From assembly GCA_026416095.1 (NCBI GenBank), contig JAOAFV010000013.1, positions 1,998 through 65,997 of the forward strand: a stretch of 64,000 bases of DNA, written 5' to 3'. Positions within the stretch are counted from its first letter, which is position 1. Each line of letters opens with the position of its first letter. Origin of the DNA: Bacteroidales bacterium. Its GTDB lineage: Bacteria > Bacteroidota > Bacteroidia > Bacteroidales > GWA2-32-17. Made by a program: the position numbers and the translations under genes. The notes below the pieces were generated by a model. The model searched no databases, was not told the DNA's origin, and was given only the letters and a program-made list of their open reading frames with translations. Shown here piece by piece: positions 1 to 9,353 of the stretch.

Positions 1-2490
1 AATCTAAATATTTTTATTGTTGGTACAGAAGATGAAGGGCTGTTTGAATTAAAGAAAAGCAAAAACAAGTTTTATGTTAATAATAAATTCATATGTGGAA
101 AAATTAAAGATGCTAAGTTTAATAGACTAAACAATTTATACATTGCTACTTTAGACAGTGGAATTTATGTTTTTAATTACATGCCAGCCAAAGGTTCATA
201 TTCTTTATCAAGCCATATCAATACAAATAATGGGCTACCTTTAAACGAAATTAAATGTTTATTTTTTGATAGAGAAGATAATTTATGGATAGGAACATAT
301 GGTGGCGGACTTTTACAATATTACGAATCTCCTTTCTCATTCATACCTTATAATTATTTAAATAAAAAAGATCTTAATATTACAGCATTGTTTTATATAG
401 ACGAAAGTATTTATGCAGGTACAGAATCTGGCAAAATTTTTGAATTTAAAATAACTTATCCATTTAATAGTGTCTTGCTCCCTTTTAAAGAAATAAAAGA
501 TAAAAAAATTAGCTCAATATTCATTGACAAGAACTTAAATATATGGTTAGGAACTGATAACGATGGTATTTTTGTATTTAACATGAAGAACAATAAATTG
601 GTAAAACATTTTCAGTTTAATGACAATCTTCAAAACAGTGTTACATCGATCGATGCATTTGGTAATATGGTTGCAATAGGAACTAAGAATGGCTTGATAA
701 TAATAGATATTTCAAAAAAATATGAATTAAAAACATTTACATCTATTAACGGTTTACCACATAATTACATTAATCAGGTTTTCTGCTCTGTAGATAATAA
801 AATAAAAATTTCTACTCCTACTAATTTTCATACAATTTACAATATTCACTCTCAACAATTTAAGTTAGATAAAATAAACATTGAAGGTGAACCAATAAAA
901 TTTAGTTGCTTTTGTTACGACAACCAGAACAATCTTTGGTTAGGCACCTTAGGTAATGGTGTTATTTTTAAAAAAGATAGCCTTATTAATATTTATAATT
1001 CCGAAAACGGATTATTTTCAGATTATATATATAGCATTATTGCTGATGAAAATTCAAATATTTGGACAGGCCATCGACAGGGTTTATCTCAAATTAAGAA
1101 TAATGGAGAAGTAAAAACATTTTCGAAAAACATAAACTTTTACGGAGATTGCAACCCTCTGGCTATATGTTTAGATAAGTATGGAACTATATGGTTTGGT
1201 ACAACACAAGGACTTTTAAGATACGATGCTAAAAAAAATATATTGAACAGTATACCACCTAAGTTAATTATTAATAATGTCTTCATTAACGATATTGAAC
1301 AAAGTATAAAAAATTATTATGAACTTGATCCAGGGAAATATAAACTTCAAATAAATTTTACTGGTATTTGCTTGCGCGAGCCTGATAGTGTAAAATATCA
1401 ATTTATACTCGAAGGCTACGACACAAAATGGTCTAATTTAACAACGAATAATACTGCTATATTTCCACGCCTTGATGAAGGAATTTATAAATTTAAAATT
1501 ATTGCATACAACAACGATAACGTGGCATCTGAACCCTTCACTCCTATTGTGATAAAAATTCTGCCTCCTATCTATAAAAGATGGTGGTTTATCGTTTTAG
1601 TCGTAATCTTAACATTAACAATATTTTACATAATACTTAAAATTAGAGAAAGAAACCACCTAAGAATGGAAAGAATTCTAAAAGAACGATTAGACCAACG
1701 CACTCGCGAAGTAATTAAACAAAAAGAACTTCTTGAAATTAAAAATAAAGATATTATGGATAGTATAAAATATGCTAAAAGAATTCAAGACTCTATGTTA
1801 CCCTCTTTAAAAACTTTACATCAATCTTTTCCGAATTCTTTTGTTATGTACATGCCCAGAGATATTGTAAGTGGCGATTTTTATATGATTTTTAATATAA
1901 ATAACACTAAAATTATTATTTGTGCCGATGCTACAGGACACGGCGTTCCTGGGGCTTTCATGTCGCTTATTAGTATGACACTTCTAAAAGATATTATTCT
2001 GAATTCAAAAATATACGACCCTTCTAAAATACTTGATGTTCTTGATAAAGAAATATCAAACATATTTAGTTCAGAAGAAAGCGATACCCAAGATGGCCTC
2101 GATATTGCAATATGTGCGGTCAATAATGAAAGAATAACAATTTCTTCGGCCATGCGACCTGTTATATTTTATCATAACAACGAAAGAATTTATATTAAAG
2201 GAAACAGATTTTCAATAGGTAAATCTAAATATACCATCACAAAAACCTTTAACAATAGTGTTTTTAAATATTCAAAATCGGATAGAATATATCTTTTTTC
2301 CGACGGTATTACCGACCAATTTGGGCTGTCAAATAAAAAATTAAAAGTTAGTGGCCTAATTTCCTGGATCGATTCAACCATTCATTTACCTATAACTCAA
2401 CAATATGTTGAAATTTACAAAAACTTTATTGCATGGAAATCGAATAATCAACAAATAGATGATATTTTATTAATTGGAATTGAATTTTAA
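1..2490 (+). CDS. Membrane sensor phosphatase: beta-propeller (Reg_prop) repeats + Y_Y_Y domain + TM + SpoIIE/PP2C domain; 5'-truncated by window edge
   Basis: Frame is open from base 1. Repeated NLWIGT/NIWLGT propeller motifs, YQFILEGYDTKW (Y_Y_Y), TM helix after KRWWF, PP2C motifs PRDIVSGDFY, DATGHGVPGAFMS, FSDGITDQFG, QIDDILLIG. Confidence 0.9.
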   Translation, partial: NLNIFIVGTEDEGLFELKKSKNKFYVNNKFICGKIKDAKFNRLNNLYIATLDSGIYVFNYMPAKGSYSLSSHINTNNGLPLNEIKCLFFDREDNLWIGTYGGGLLQYYESPFSFIPYNYLNKKDLNITALFYIDESIYAGTESGKIFEFKITYPFNSVLLPFKEIKDKKISSIFIDKNLNIWLGTDNDGIFVFNMKNNKLVKHFQFNDNLQNSVTSIDAFGNMVAIGTKNGLIIIDISKKYELKTFTSINGLPHNYINQVFCSVDNKIKISTPTNFHTIYNIHSQQFKLDKINIEGEPIKFSCFCYDNQNNLWLGTLGNGVIFKKDSLINIYNSENGLFSDYIYSIIADENSNIWTGHRQGLSQIKNNGEVKTFSKNINFYGDCNPLAICLDKYGTIWFGTTQGLLRYDAKKNILNSIPPKLIINNVFINDIEQSIKNYYELDPGKYKLQINFTGICLREPDSVKYQFILEGYDTKWSNLTTNNTAIFPRLDEGIYKFKIIAYNNDNVASEPFTPIVIKILPPIYKRWWFIVLVVILTLTIFYIILKIRERNHLRMERILKERLDQRTREVIKQKELLEIKNKDIMDSIKYAKRIQDSMLPSLKTLHQSFPNSFVMYMPRDIVSGDFYMIFNINNTKIIICADATGHGVPGAFMSLISMTLLKDIILNSKIYDPSKILDVLDKEISNIFSSEESDTQDGLDIAICAVNNERITISSAMRPVIFYHNNERIYIKGNRFSIGKSKYTITKTFNNSVFKYSKSDRIYLFSDGITDQFGLSNKKLKVSGLISWIDSTIHLPITQQYVEIYKNFIAWKSNNQQIDDILLIGIEF

Positions 2491-2570
2491 AAATAATTAA
2501 AAATTATAATTATTACAAATAAATTATGTTTTTTAAACTTAGTAATGTAACTTTGAAAAAAAATTGTAGT

Positions 2571-3689
2571 ATGAAAACTTTATTTTTAATGTTAGTATCA
2601 GGATTAATTTTTTTAAGCAGCTATAATCAAACTCAAAGTCCAAAAATTGTTTTTGAAAAAGAAACCCACGATTTCGGAACAATTAAAGAAGAAGCAGGAC
2701 CAGTTTCTTACGATTTTGTATTTACTAATACAGGATCACAACCCTTAATAATACAAACAGTTAAAACTTCTTGTGGCTGTACTACACCTGAATGGACTAA
2801 AGATCCAGTATTACCTGGTAAAAAAGGATTCATTAGAGCAACTTACAATCCAGCAGGAAGACCAGGTCCTTTCAACAAATCTATAACTGTTACATCAAAT
2901 GCCGAAAACAATACAGTAACCCTCTTTATTAAAGGAAATGTAACTCCAAAACCTAAAACAATCGAAGACGATTATCCAATACAGGTTGGCGATATCCGCT
3001 TAAAAACTAATCATCTTGCTTTCATGGATACTTATATCGGTAAACTAAAAACCGATAGTATACCTGTTTATAATAGCTCCGACAAAGAAGTAAAACTATC
3101 TTATACAGGCATTCCCTCCCATATTTCTATAAAAACAGTTCCGGAATCTTTAAAGCCTAAACAAAAGGGCGATATTATTATTACTTACGACGCCGCTAAA
3201 AAACAAGACTATGGATTTGTATCAGATAGATTTCAGTTGCTTATAAATAATGAATCTCCTTCAAACAATACTATTACAGTTAGTGCTAAAATACTCGACG
3301 ATTTTTCAAGTTTAACACCAGAACAGAAAGCAAATGCACCAAAGGCAGTTTTTGAAACACTTGAATATAACTTTGGAACCATTAAAGATGGCGATGTGGT
3401 GGAATATAACTTTAAGTTAAAAAATGAAGGTAAGAGTGATTTAATAATTAGAAAAGTAAAAGCTTCGTGTGGTTGTACTGCTGTTGAACCTAAAGAAAAA
3501 ATTATTAAACCCGGACAATCTACATCTATATATTCAAAATTCGATTCGCGTGGAAGGGTAGGACGTCAGTTTAAAACTATTACAGTGATAACAAACGATC
3601 CAAACAATGCCGAAATAACTTTAAGAATAGTTGGTGATGTTAGCAAAAAAGAAGATGAACAACAGCAAAACGCCACCGGAAATAAATAA
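2571..3689 (+). CDS. DUF1573 (Ig-like) repeat exported protein
   Basis: Signal peptide; HDFGTIKE...TSCGCT and YNFGTIKD...ASCGCT repeats. ATG 2571 preferred over 2526 because promoter motif TAACTTTG lies at 2548-2555. Confidence 0.85.
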   Translation: MKTLFLMLVSGLIFLSSYNQTQSPKIVFEKETHDFGTIKEEAGPVSYDFVFTNTGSQPLIIQTVKTSCGCTTPEWTKDPVLPGKKGFIRATYNPAGRPGPFNKSITVTSNAENNTVTLFIKGNVTPKPKTIEDDYPIQVGDIRLKTNHLAFMDTYIGKLKTDSIPVYNSSDKEVKLSYTGIPSHISIKTVPESLKPKQKGDIIITYDAAKKQDYGFVSDRFQLLINNESPSNNTITVSAKILDDFSSLTPEQKANAPKAVFETLEYNFGTIKDGDVVEYNFKLKNEGKSDLIIRKVKASCGCTAVEPKEKIIKPGQSTSIYSKFDSRGRVGRQFKTITVITNDPNNAEITLRIVGDVSKKEDEQQQNATGNK

Positions 3690-3768
3690 AAAATTTGTAT
3701 TTAACCTTTTGTGAAAATTATACTTGAACTTAATCTTTTCTAATACTATTTTTAATGCAAAAAAAATT

Positions 3769-5187
3769 ATGAATGTTTATCAAATATATTGTGCTGGTGA
3801 ATTTATTGAAACTCAAGAAGTTTTAAATGTTTATTATAATTATAACAAATCTTTAATTGCTAAAACTTATCTTGCCGATTCTGAGATTATTCAAAGGGCA
3901 ATTATAAAAGCTAATGAAGCTAAAGAAAAAATTAGAAAGCTACATTCTTATCAAAAATACGAAATATTAATGTATATTGCCACCAAATTAAAAGAAAAAA
4001 AAGAACACCTTGCTAAAATTTTAGCTTTAGAAGCATGTAAACCATGGAAATATGCCGAAGCCGAAATTGAAAGAGCAGTTCAAACATTTACTATTGCTGC
4101 AGAAGAAAGCAAACGATTACCTGCAGAATATGAGTATTGCGACCTTACACCAGCAGGAATAAATAAAGAAGCTCTAATAAAATACTTTCCGGTTGGAGTA
4201 ATTGCTGGAATTGTTCCATTTAACTTTCCAATGAACTTGGCTGCCCACAAAATTGCTCCTGCTATTGCCTCGGGTAATTGTATCATTATTAAGCCTTCTA
4301 CTCATACACCTTTATCAACATTAGAACTTGCAAAAATTATCGACGAAACACCTCTACCTAAAGGTGCTTTTTCTGTATTGCCCACAAACAGAGAAAACGG
4401 AACTATTTTAGTAACTCATGACTTGATTGACAAAATATCATTTACAGGTTCATCGCCAGTAGGATGGAATTTTAAAAAAATTTGTGGCAAAAAAAAGATA
4501 ACTTTAGAATTAGGCGGCAACGCTGGTGTTATTATTACACCTACTGCTGATCTAAACGTTGCTATTCCAAAATGTGTAACAGGAGCTTTTGCTTATCAAG
4601 GTCAAATATGTATTCATACTCAAAGAATATACGTACATGAAACTATATTTGATGAATTTTTAAATAGATTTTTAGAAAAAACACGATTACTAAAAATTGG
4701 CGATGTGCTTGATCCACAAACCGATATATCTGCAATGATTGATGAAGAAAATGCAATTAGAGTAGAAAACTGGATAAACGAAGCTATTGCACAGGGAGCA
4801 AAATTATTAATTGGAGGGAAAAGAACAGATAGCATAGTTGAACCAACTGTGTTAACAAACACAAACAAATTCATGAAAGTAAATTCACAAGAAGTTTTTG
4901 GGCCGGTTGTAGTAATTGAAAAATATAAAACCTTTGAAGAAGCAATATCATTGGTAAACGATACTATTTACGGATTACAAGCAGGGGTATTTACTAATTT
5001 AATCAGCGAAATGAACGATGCATTTGAATACATTAAAACAGGTGCTGTGTTAATAAATGAAGTTCCTACATTTCGCCTTGATCATTTACCGTATGGTGGT
5101 ATAAAAGATAGTGGTTTTGGTAGAGAAGGTATTAAATACGCAATAAAAGAAATGACCGAACCTAAACTTCTAATAAAACCCTGTTGA
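3769..5187 (+). CDS. NAD(P)-dependent aldehyde dehydrogenase
   Basis: PFNFP, SFTGS, LELGGNA, catalytic GQIC, EVFGP, PYGGIKDSGFGREG motifs. ATG 3769 preferred over TTG 3724. Confidence 0.93.
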   Translation: MNVYQIYCAGEFIETQEVLNVYYNYNKSLIAKTYLADSEIIQRAIIKANEAKEKIRKLHSYQKYEILMYIATKLKEKKEHLAKILALEACKPWKYAEAEIERAVQTFTIAAEESKRLPAEYEYCDLTPAGINKEALIKYFPVGVIAGIVPFNFPMNLAAHKIAPAIASGNCIIIKPSTHTPLSTLELAKIIDETPLPKGAFSVLPTNRENGTILVTHDLIDKISFTGSSPVGWNFKKICGKKKITLELGGNAGVIITPTADLNVAIPKCVTGAFAYQGQICIHTQRIYVHETIFDEFLNRFLEKTRLLKIGDVLDPQTDISAMIDEENAIRVENWINEAIAQGAKLLIGGKRTDSIVEPTVLTNTNKFMKVNSQEVFGPVVVIEKYKTFEEAISLVNDTIYGLQAGVFTNLISEMNDAFEYIKTGAVLINEVPTFRLDHLPYGGIKDSGFGREGIKYAIKEMTEPKLLIKPC

Positions 5188-5422
5188 AATAATTTATAAC
5201 TTTGACAGATGCAACAGGATAACAGTTGTAAAAGTGTAGAATGTTGAAATTATATTATAAAAATTCAGTTTAAAAATTAATAAAAAATTAGTAGATATAA
5301 GTTTAATATATCGAAGATTTATAAGCTCAACAATTGTCTTAAAATCACAACTAAAAAAATTTTCTATAAATATATTTAAAACAAATATTTGTATTTAACT
5401 TTCATCTCAACTTGAAATAAGT

Positions 5423-5484
5423 ATGAAGATCTTATTAATAAAAGATGAAAAAAACTTATCAACCCTTTTTTAAATGAAAATGGC
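5423..5484 (+). pseudogene. Stump of a response-regulator receiver domain ending at a MITE
   Basis: ATG 5423 reads MKILLIKDEKNLSTLF*, resembling the MKILLIEDE start of REC domains. A shifted frame gives LNENG up to the MITE boundary. Confidence 0.5.
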
Positions 5485-5595
5485 GAGACCTTTGCAAAAC
5501 CACCTAAAAATAAGTTTTTTACAATTAAATATAATTGAAAATCAACATTTTCTAAAATATTTAATGACCTTTATAAAAGGTTTTGCAAAGTTCTC
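5485..5595. mobile_element. MITE copy 1 (111 bp), IS5/IS1106-like terminal inverted repeats
   Basis: Left GAGACCTTTGCAAAACC, right GGTTTTGCAAAGTTCTC (17-bp TIR, 1 mismatch). Homologous copy at 11860-11971; no transposase ORF. Confidence 0.8.
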
Positions 5596-6484
5596 TTAAT
5601 ATAAATTTTTAAATATTTCTTTTCAAATCTTTATTTATAAATTTGATACCTCAACAAATTAATACTTAACTTCGCTCTTATTGAGTACCATAGAAATAAG
5701 ATATTCCATAAATAAGCATTACCGAGAAAATTAATTTTTTTAGGCTAATTCATAAGAAATTAACATAATTTTGTTAGCAAAAGTTTTAAATAAGTTATTT
5801 TTCTCTTTATTTATGATTGTTTTATTAAAAAGAAAAGATTTACGCCGAGATTTTAAAAATATTAAAACACCAAAACTAATGTGCATCCAATCAAAGAAAT
5901 TTACTAATCTATACGAAAAAAAACAATGTATAATCCTGTAATAAATAGAAAAAAGAAAGCAAAATAACCAAAGTATTTATACCATCGCAAAACGATATTA
6001 GTGAATGAAGGTAGTAGTTATAACCAATCGAAGGAATTTTAAAGTAGATAAGGACAAAAGATATACACGAGCCGAACCGAAATAAAGCAGATATTTGATG
6101 TAAATAAGCACACACTTTAAGCCAATAAGACATATACACTAAGTGCAGAAGCATTGTAATACAGTATGTTAATTTCGCCCATTGTTTTACAATAGTACTA
6201 TGATACCTACAAGATGTTAATGGGAAAAAATTTTATAATTCTAAATATTCACTCAGAAACTTCATAGACATATTGCCGAATGTTAAATGAGTAAAGAGAA
6301 GTGAAATATGGTACAATACTGAAACTAAAAACAAAAATATTAACTTACTACAAAATTTAAATTAAAACTCTAAATATGTACTACTTAACTTCTTGCAGAA
6401 TTGCGGTTATTGGTAACTTTTATTAAGTCGTATTTTTATTATTTTTGTGAGTTTATTTAAAAGTTTAAAGTTTTATAAAAGACT

Positions 6485-8113
6485 ATGAATATTCGTTTTG
6501 TACCATTTTGTAAATACGATACAGTAATTGAAAATAGTGATGGTACTATTACTGTGCCACCTCATAAAAAGTTAAGGTATGTTTTTTGTTGTCAAGATAA
6601 CGACAACATATATATACACAATAACTTAGATGGAAGTATATATAAATACGATATATCGAATGAAAGCATTATTCAGTTGAATTGTTCAAATAAAAGTAAT
6701 TTTAAGAATTTTATAGGATTTTGTGTTTATAAAGAAATGTTTGTTTTTTTCTCATCTTGTGATAACCAATTTGTTTTTTTTAATAAGTATAATTTAAAAA
6801 AAGAAAAAAGTATTTCTTATAATTTCGATGTGAATTCATTTGTCATACAAAATGAAAAAGTTATAATCTACAACAGAGAAACAAGCGAAATTAGTATATT
6901 TCAAATTTTAACTAATGAATTAAATTTATTATCTTTTTTCTCAATTAAAGGAATTGGGAATGCATCTTTATCAATAAATAATAACAAGTTATTTATTACC
7001 GATTCTGAAGAGAATATTATAAGATGCTACTCTTTTAAAGGCGAATTATTATGGGAAGCAATTACGCCTTTTATAGACCCTATCGGGCAAATATGGTTAA
7101 ACAATGAATTGTACATATTATATGGAGGTCTTGTTAACGAAGTTGGATATGAAAATCGTTGCTGGCAAGAGCAGAAGCCTTTTTTCCACCGCTTCAATTA
7201 TAAAGTAGAAGAGAAAGGAAATATTGTTCTTACAAAATCTAATGCCTTTGAAGTAACTTTTTTTTATTATGAACCCTTTTACGAAAGCCCAGATTTTTTG
7301 CCTGCTACAATTTCTTTGTCGTTACCACTTGATTGTGTTAATCAAAAGGTTTTATCGATTAAGCCGCTCGGTGCTAATTTTAAAATTAAACAAGAAAATG
7401 ATAAAAAATTAGCCTTTTATGATATTTGCAATGATTTTAATGAAACAGTTGGTATTGGCTATGTTGCTAATTTAAAATTGCAAGGTATAAAGTATACTTT
7501 AAAAGATATTAAGTCTTTTAATTTAAGTAATGTAGTTTTTTTAACCGATGATGATTTATACGATTTTGATGTTGAAAATTACTTTTATGATAAATTTAAG
7601 ATTTATGGTAGTATTTGTGATATAGAAAAAGTTCTAAAATTAAGAAACATTGTTTTCGATAGATTAGAATATAGAATAAATAAGAATGCAAGAAGTTATA
7701 TTGAAATATTTGAAGATGGATATGGAACATGTGGTGATTATACTGCATTAATTTTGGCTTTTTTGTATAAAAATAATATCTCATGTAGATCAGCAACTGG
7801 TTATAAGATTCCACGCTTTTATAATTGCCTTGGAGGTATAATTAGTGTATACTATAACCACACATGGATCGAAATTTTTGATAAAGATTTAAATTATTAC
7901 CCAATTGAAACGAGTTCAGATGATAAAGAATATAATGGTCGTTTTTGTGAAGGACAATTTTTAGGGCTCGATTGGTCTCATATAAAGCTATATAATGGTA
8001 AAGCTTTTCCTAATCTTATTTCGATAGTTAATAAACCCAACATACATCCTTTTGATTATTTTAAAAAAGCACAAGTATATGTTAGAGTAGAAAAAGAAAC
8101 AGAAATATTTTAA
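6485..8113 (+). CDS. Transglutaminase-like (Cys protease fold) protein with N-terminal beta-propeller-like region
   Basis: GYGTCGDYTALILAFL...SCRSATGY...YNHTWIEIF...YPIETSSDD. Beta-rich N-terminal half with LFITDSEEN; no signal peptide. Confidence 0.8.
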   Translation: MNIRFVPFCKYDTVIENSDGTITVPPHKKLRYVFCCQDNDNIYIHNNLDGSIYKYDISNESIIQLNCSNKSNFKNFIGFCVYKEMFVFFSSCDNQFVFFNKYNLKKEKSISYNFDVNSFVIQNEKVIIYNRETSEISIFQILTNELNLLSFFSIKGIGNASLSINNNKLFITDSEENIIRCYSFKGELLWEAITPFIDPIGQIWLNNELYILYGGLVNEVGYENRCWQEQKPFFHRFNYKVEEKGNIVLTKSNAFEVTFFYYEPFYESPDFLPATISLSLPLDCVNQKVLSIKPLGANFKIKQENDKKLAFYDICNDFNETVGIGYVANLKLQGIKYTLKDIKSFNLSNVVFLTDDDLYDFDVENYFYDKFKIYGSICDIEKVLKLRNIVFDRLEYRINKNARSYIEIFEDGYGTCGDYTALILAFLYKNNISCRSATGYKIPRFYNCLGGIISVYYNHTWIEIFDKDLNYYPIETSSDDKEYNGRFCEGQFLGLDWSHIKLYNGKAFPNLISIVNKPNIHPFDYFKKAQVYVRVEKETEIF

Positions 8114-8123
8114 ATTTTAATCT

Positions 8124-9353
8124 TTACAAACTGTAACTTAATTCTATATTTATCCCTGTACTGAAACAATAGTTGTTAAATATAAAATTCATAGGAAACT
8201 TTATAAAAATTTGTGTATTTAATTTTTTGTAATTCAAATTAAAACCTAATTCTCCTATAAGTTTGGAAAGTATAGAATATTCTATTTGAAAAACTGTTGT
8301 TAAATTCTTACTATTTCGATAATGCTGTTTAAGTGAAATTGAAGGTATTCTTTGATTAATAAAAGAAAAATATTTAATATTTGCTTCCGATAAAATTAAC
8401 CATTTACTTTTATGATATTTTGTAAATTTCAAATTAAAAAAGGATGGTATTAGTACAATAGAAGAAGTAGTATCGATTACTTTGCTTTTTAAAGAATCAA
8501 TATTTAAGGGAAATTTTAATAAAATTTCTTTTTCATTATAATCTATAAAAATGCCTTCATAATTAATAAAAGTATCGGCTTTAGCATACAAACTTTTATT
8601 GTTAAGCTTAAAGAAACCTAAATTTTTGAAAGTAAAAGAAAAAAGGTAATCGTTACTGAGGGCATAAATTTCGCCACTGAACGAAAGACCATAACATATG
8701 TTTTTTTTAGTTAAATTATCGTTGTACTCGCCTTTGATTTTGGTATTAATCGTTGTCCCATCTACAGATGTGTAAAATTTACTTTCAGAAATTTTTAATT
8801 GTTGAATTTTTTGTAAGTAATGAAGATTAATATCGAAGTTTGCAAAAGTTTTTAGTTTATTATAGATATTCTGTAATTGAAAAATTCCTATTGTTAGGTA
8901 AAAATTATCATAGTTAATTAGTCTAAAATTTAAACTAATTGAATCGCCAGCAAGTGCCTTATTGCCAAGTAATAAGAGTTTTGCAGTGTTATTATTTGCA
9001 TATACCGAAAAAAATTGCTGTCTACCAAGTGAAAAATGCATTCCTAAATCGTCGCTATTTAACATAGTATCTGGCTTGTAAAAGTAATTTAGCTCATTTT
9101 TAAGTAAAAAAAGATAGAAATTATTTTTTTGATATTTTATATTTTGAAGAGTTTTACAATTTATTGTTTCTTTGAATAGCAAAGCTTTTTGAGGCTTAAG
9201 GGTCAAAAAATTTGAAATAGAAAGACCTTCGCTATTGTAAAATATTAAATGTTTATCTTTTTCAATGGTAAAACTTAAAGTAGAATCAACTAATAGTTGC
9301 GAATATGAAAGAAAATTAAGAAACAAAAAAAATGTAAGTAAAAGATTAATCAT
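8124..9353 (-). CDS. Probable outer-membrane beta-barrel protein (DUF5723-like)
   Basis: Signal peptide, LLLLGNKALAG and KNLGFF motifs, alternating aromatic beta-strands, C-terminal GINIELSYSL. Confidence 0.55.
   Translation of the reverse strand: MINLLLTFFLFLNFLSYSQLLVDSTLSFTIEKDKHLIFYNSEGLSISNFLTLKPQKALLFKETINCKTLQNIKYQKNNFYLFLLKNELNYFYKPDTMLNSDDLGMHFSLGRQQFFSVYANNNTAKLLLLGNKALAGDSISLNFRLINYDNFYLTIGIFQLQNIYNKLKTFANFDINLHYLQKIQQLKISESKFYTSVDGTTINTKIKGEYNDNLTKKNICYGLSFSGEIYALSNDYLFSFTFKNLGFFKLNNKSLYAKADTFINYEGIFIDYNEKEILLKFPLNIDSLKSKVIDTTSSIVLIPSFFNLKFTKYHKSKWLILSEANIKYFSFINQRIPSISLKQHYRNSKNLTTVFQIEYSILSKLIGELGFNLNYKKLNTQIFIKFPMNFIFNNYCFSTGINIELSYSL

Noticed and set aside
5909-6154. 81-aa minus-strand ORF
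   Set aside because: No recognisable motif; its composition is what the reverse of A-rich non-coding DNA gives.
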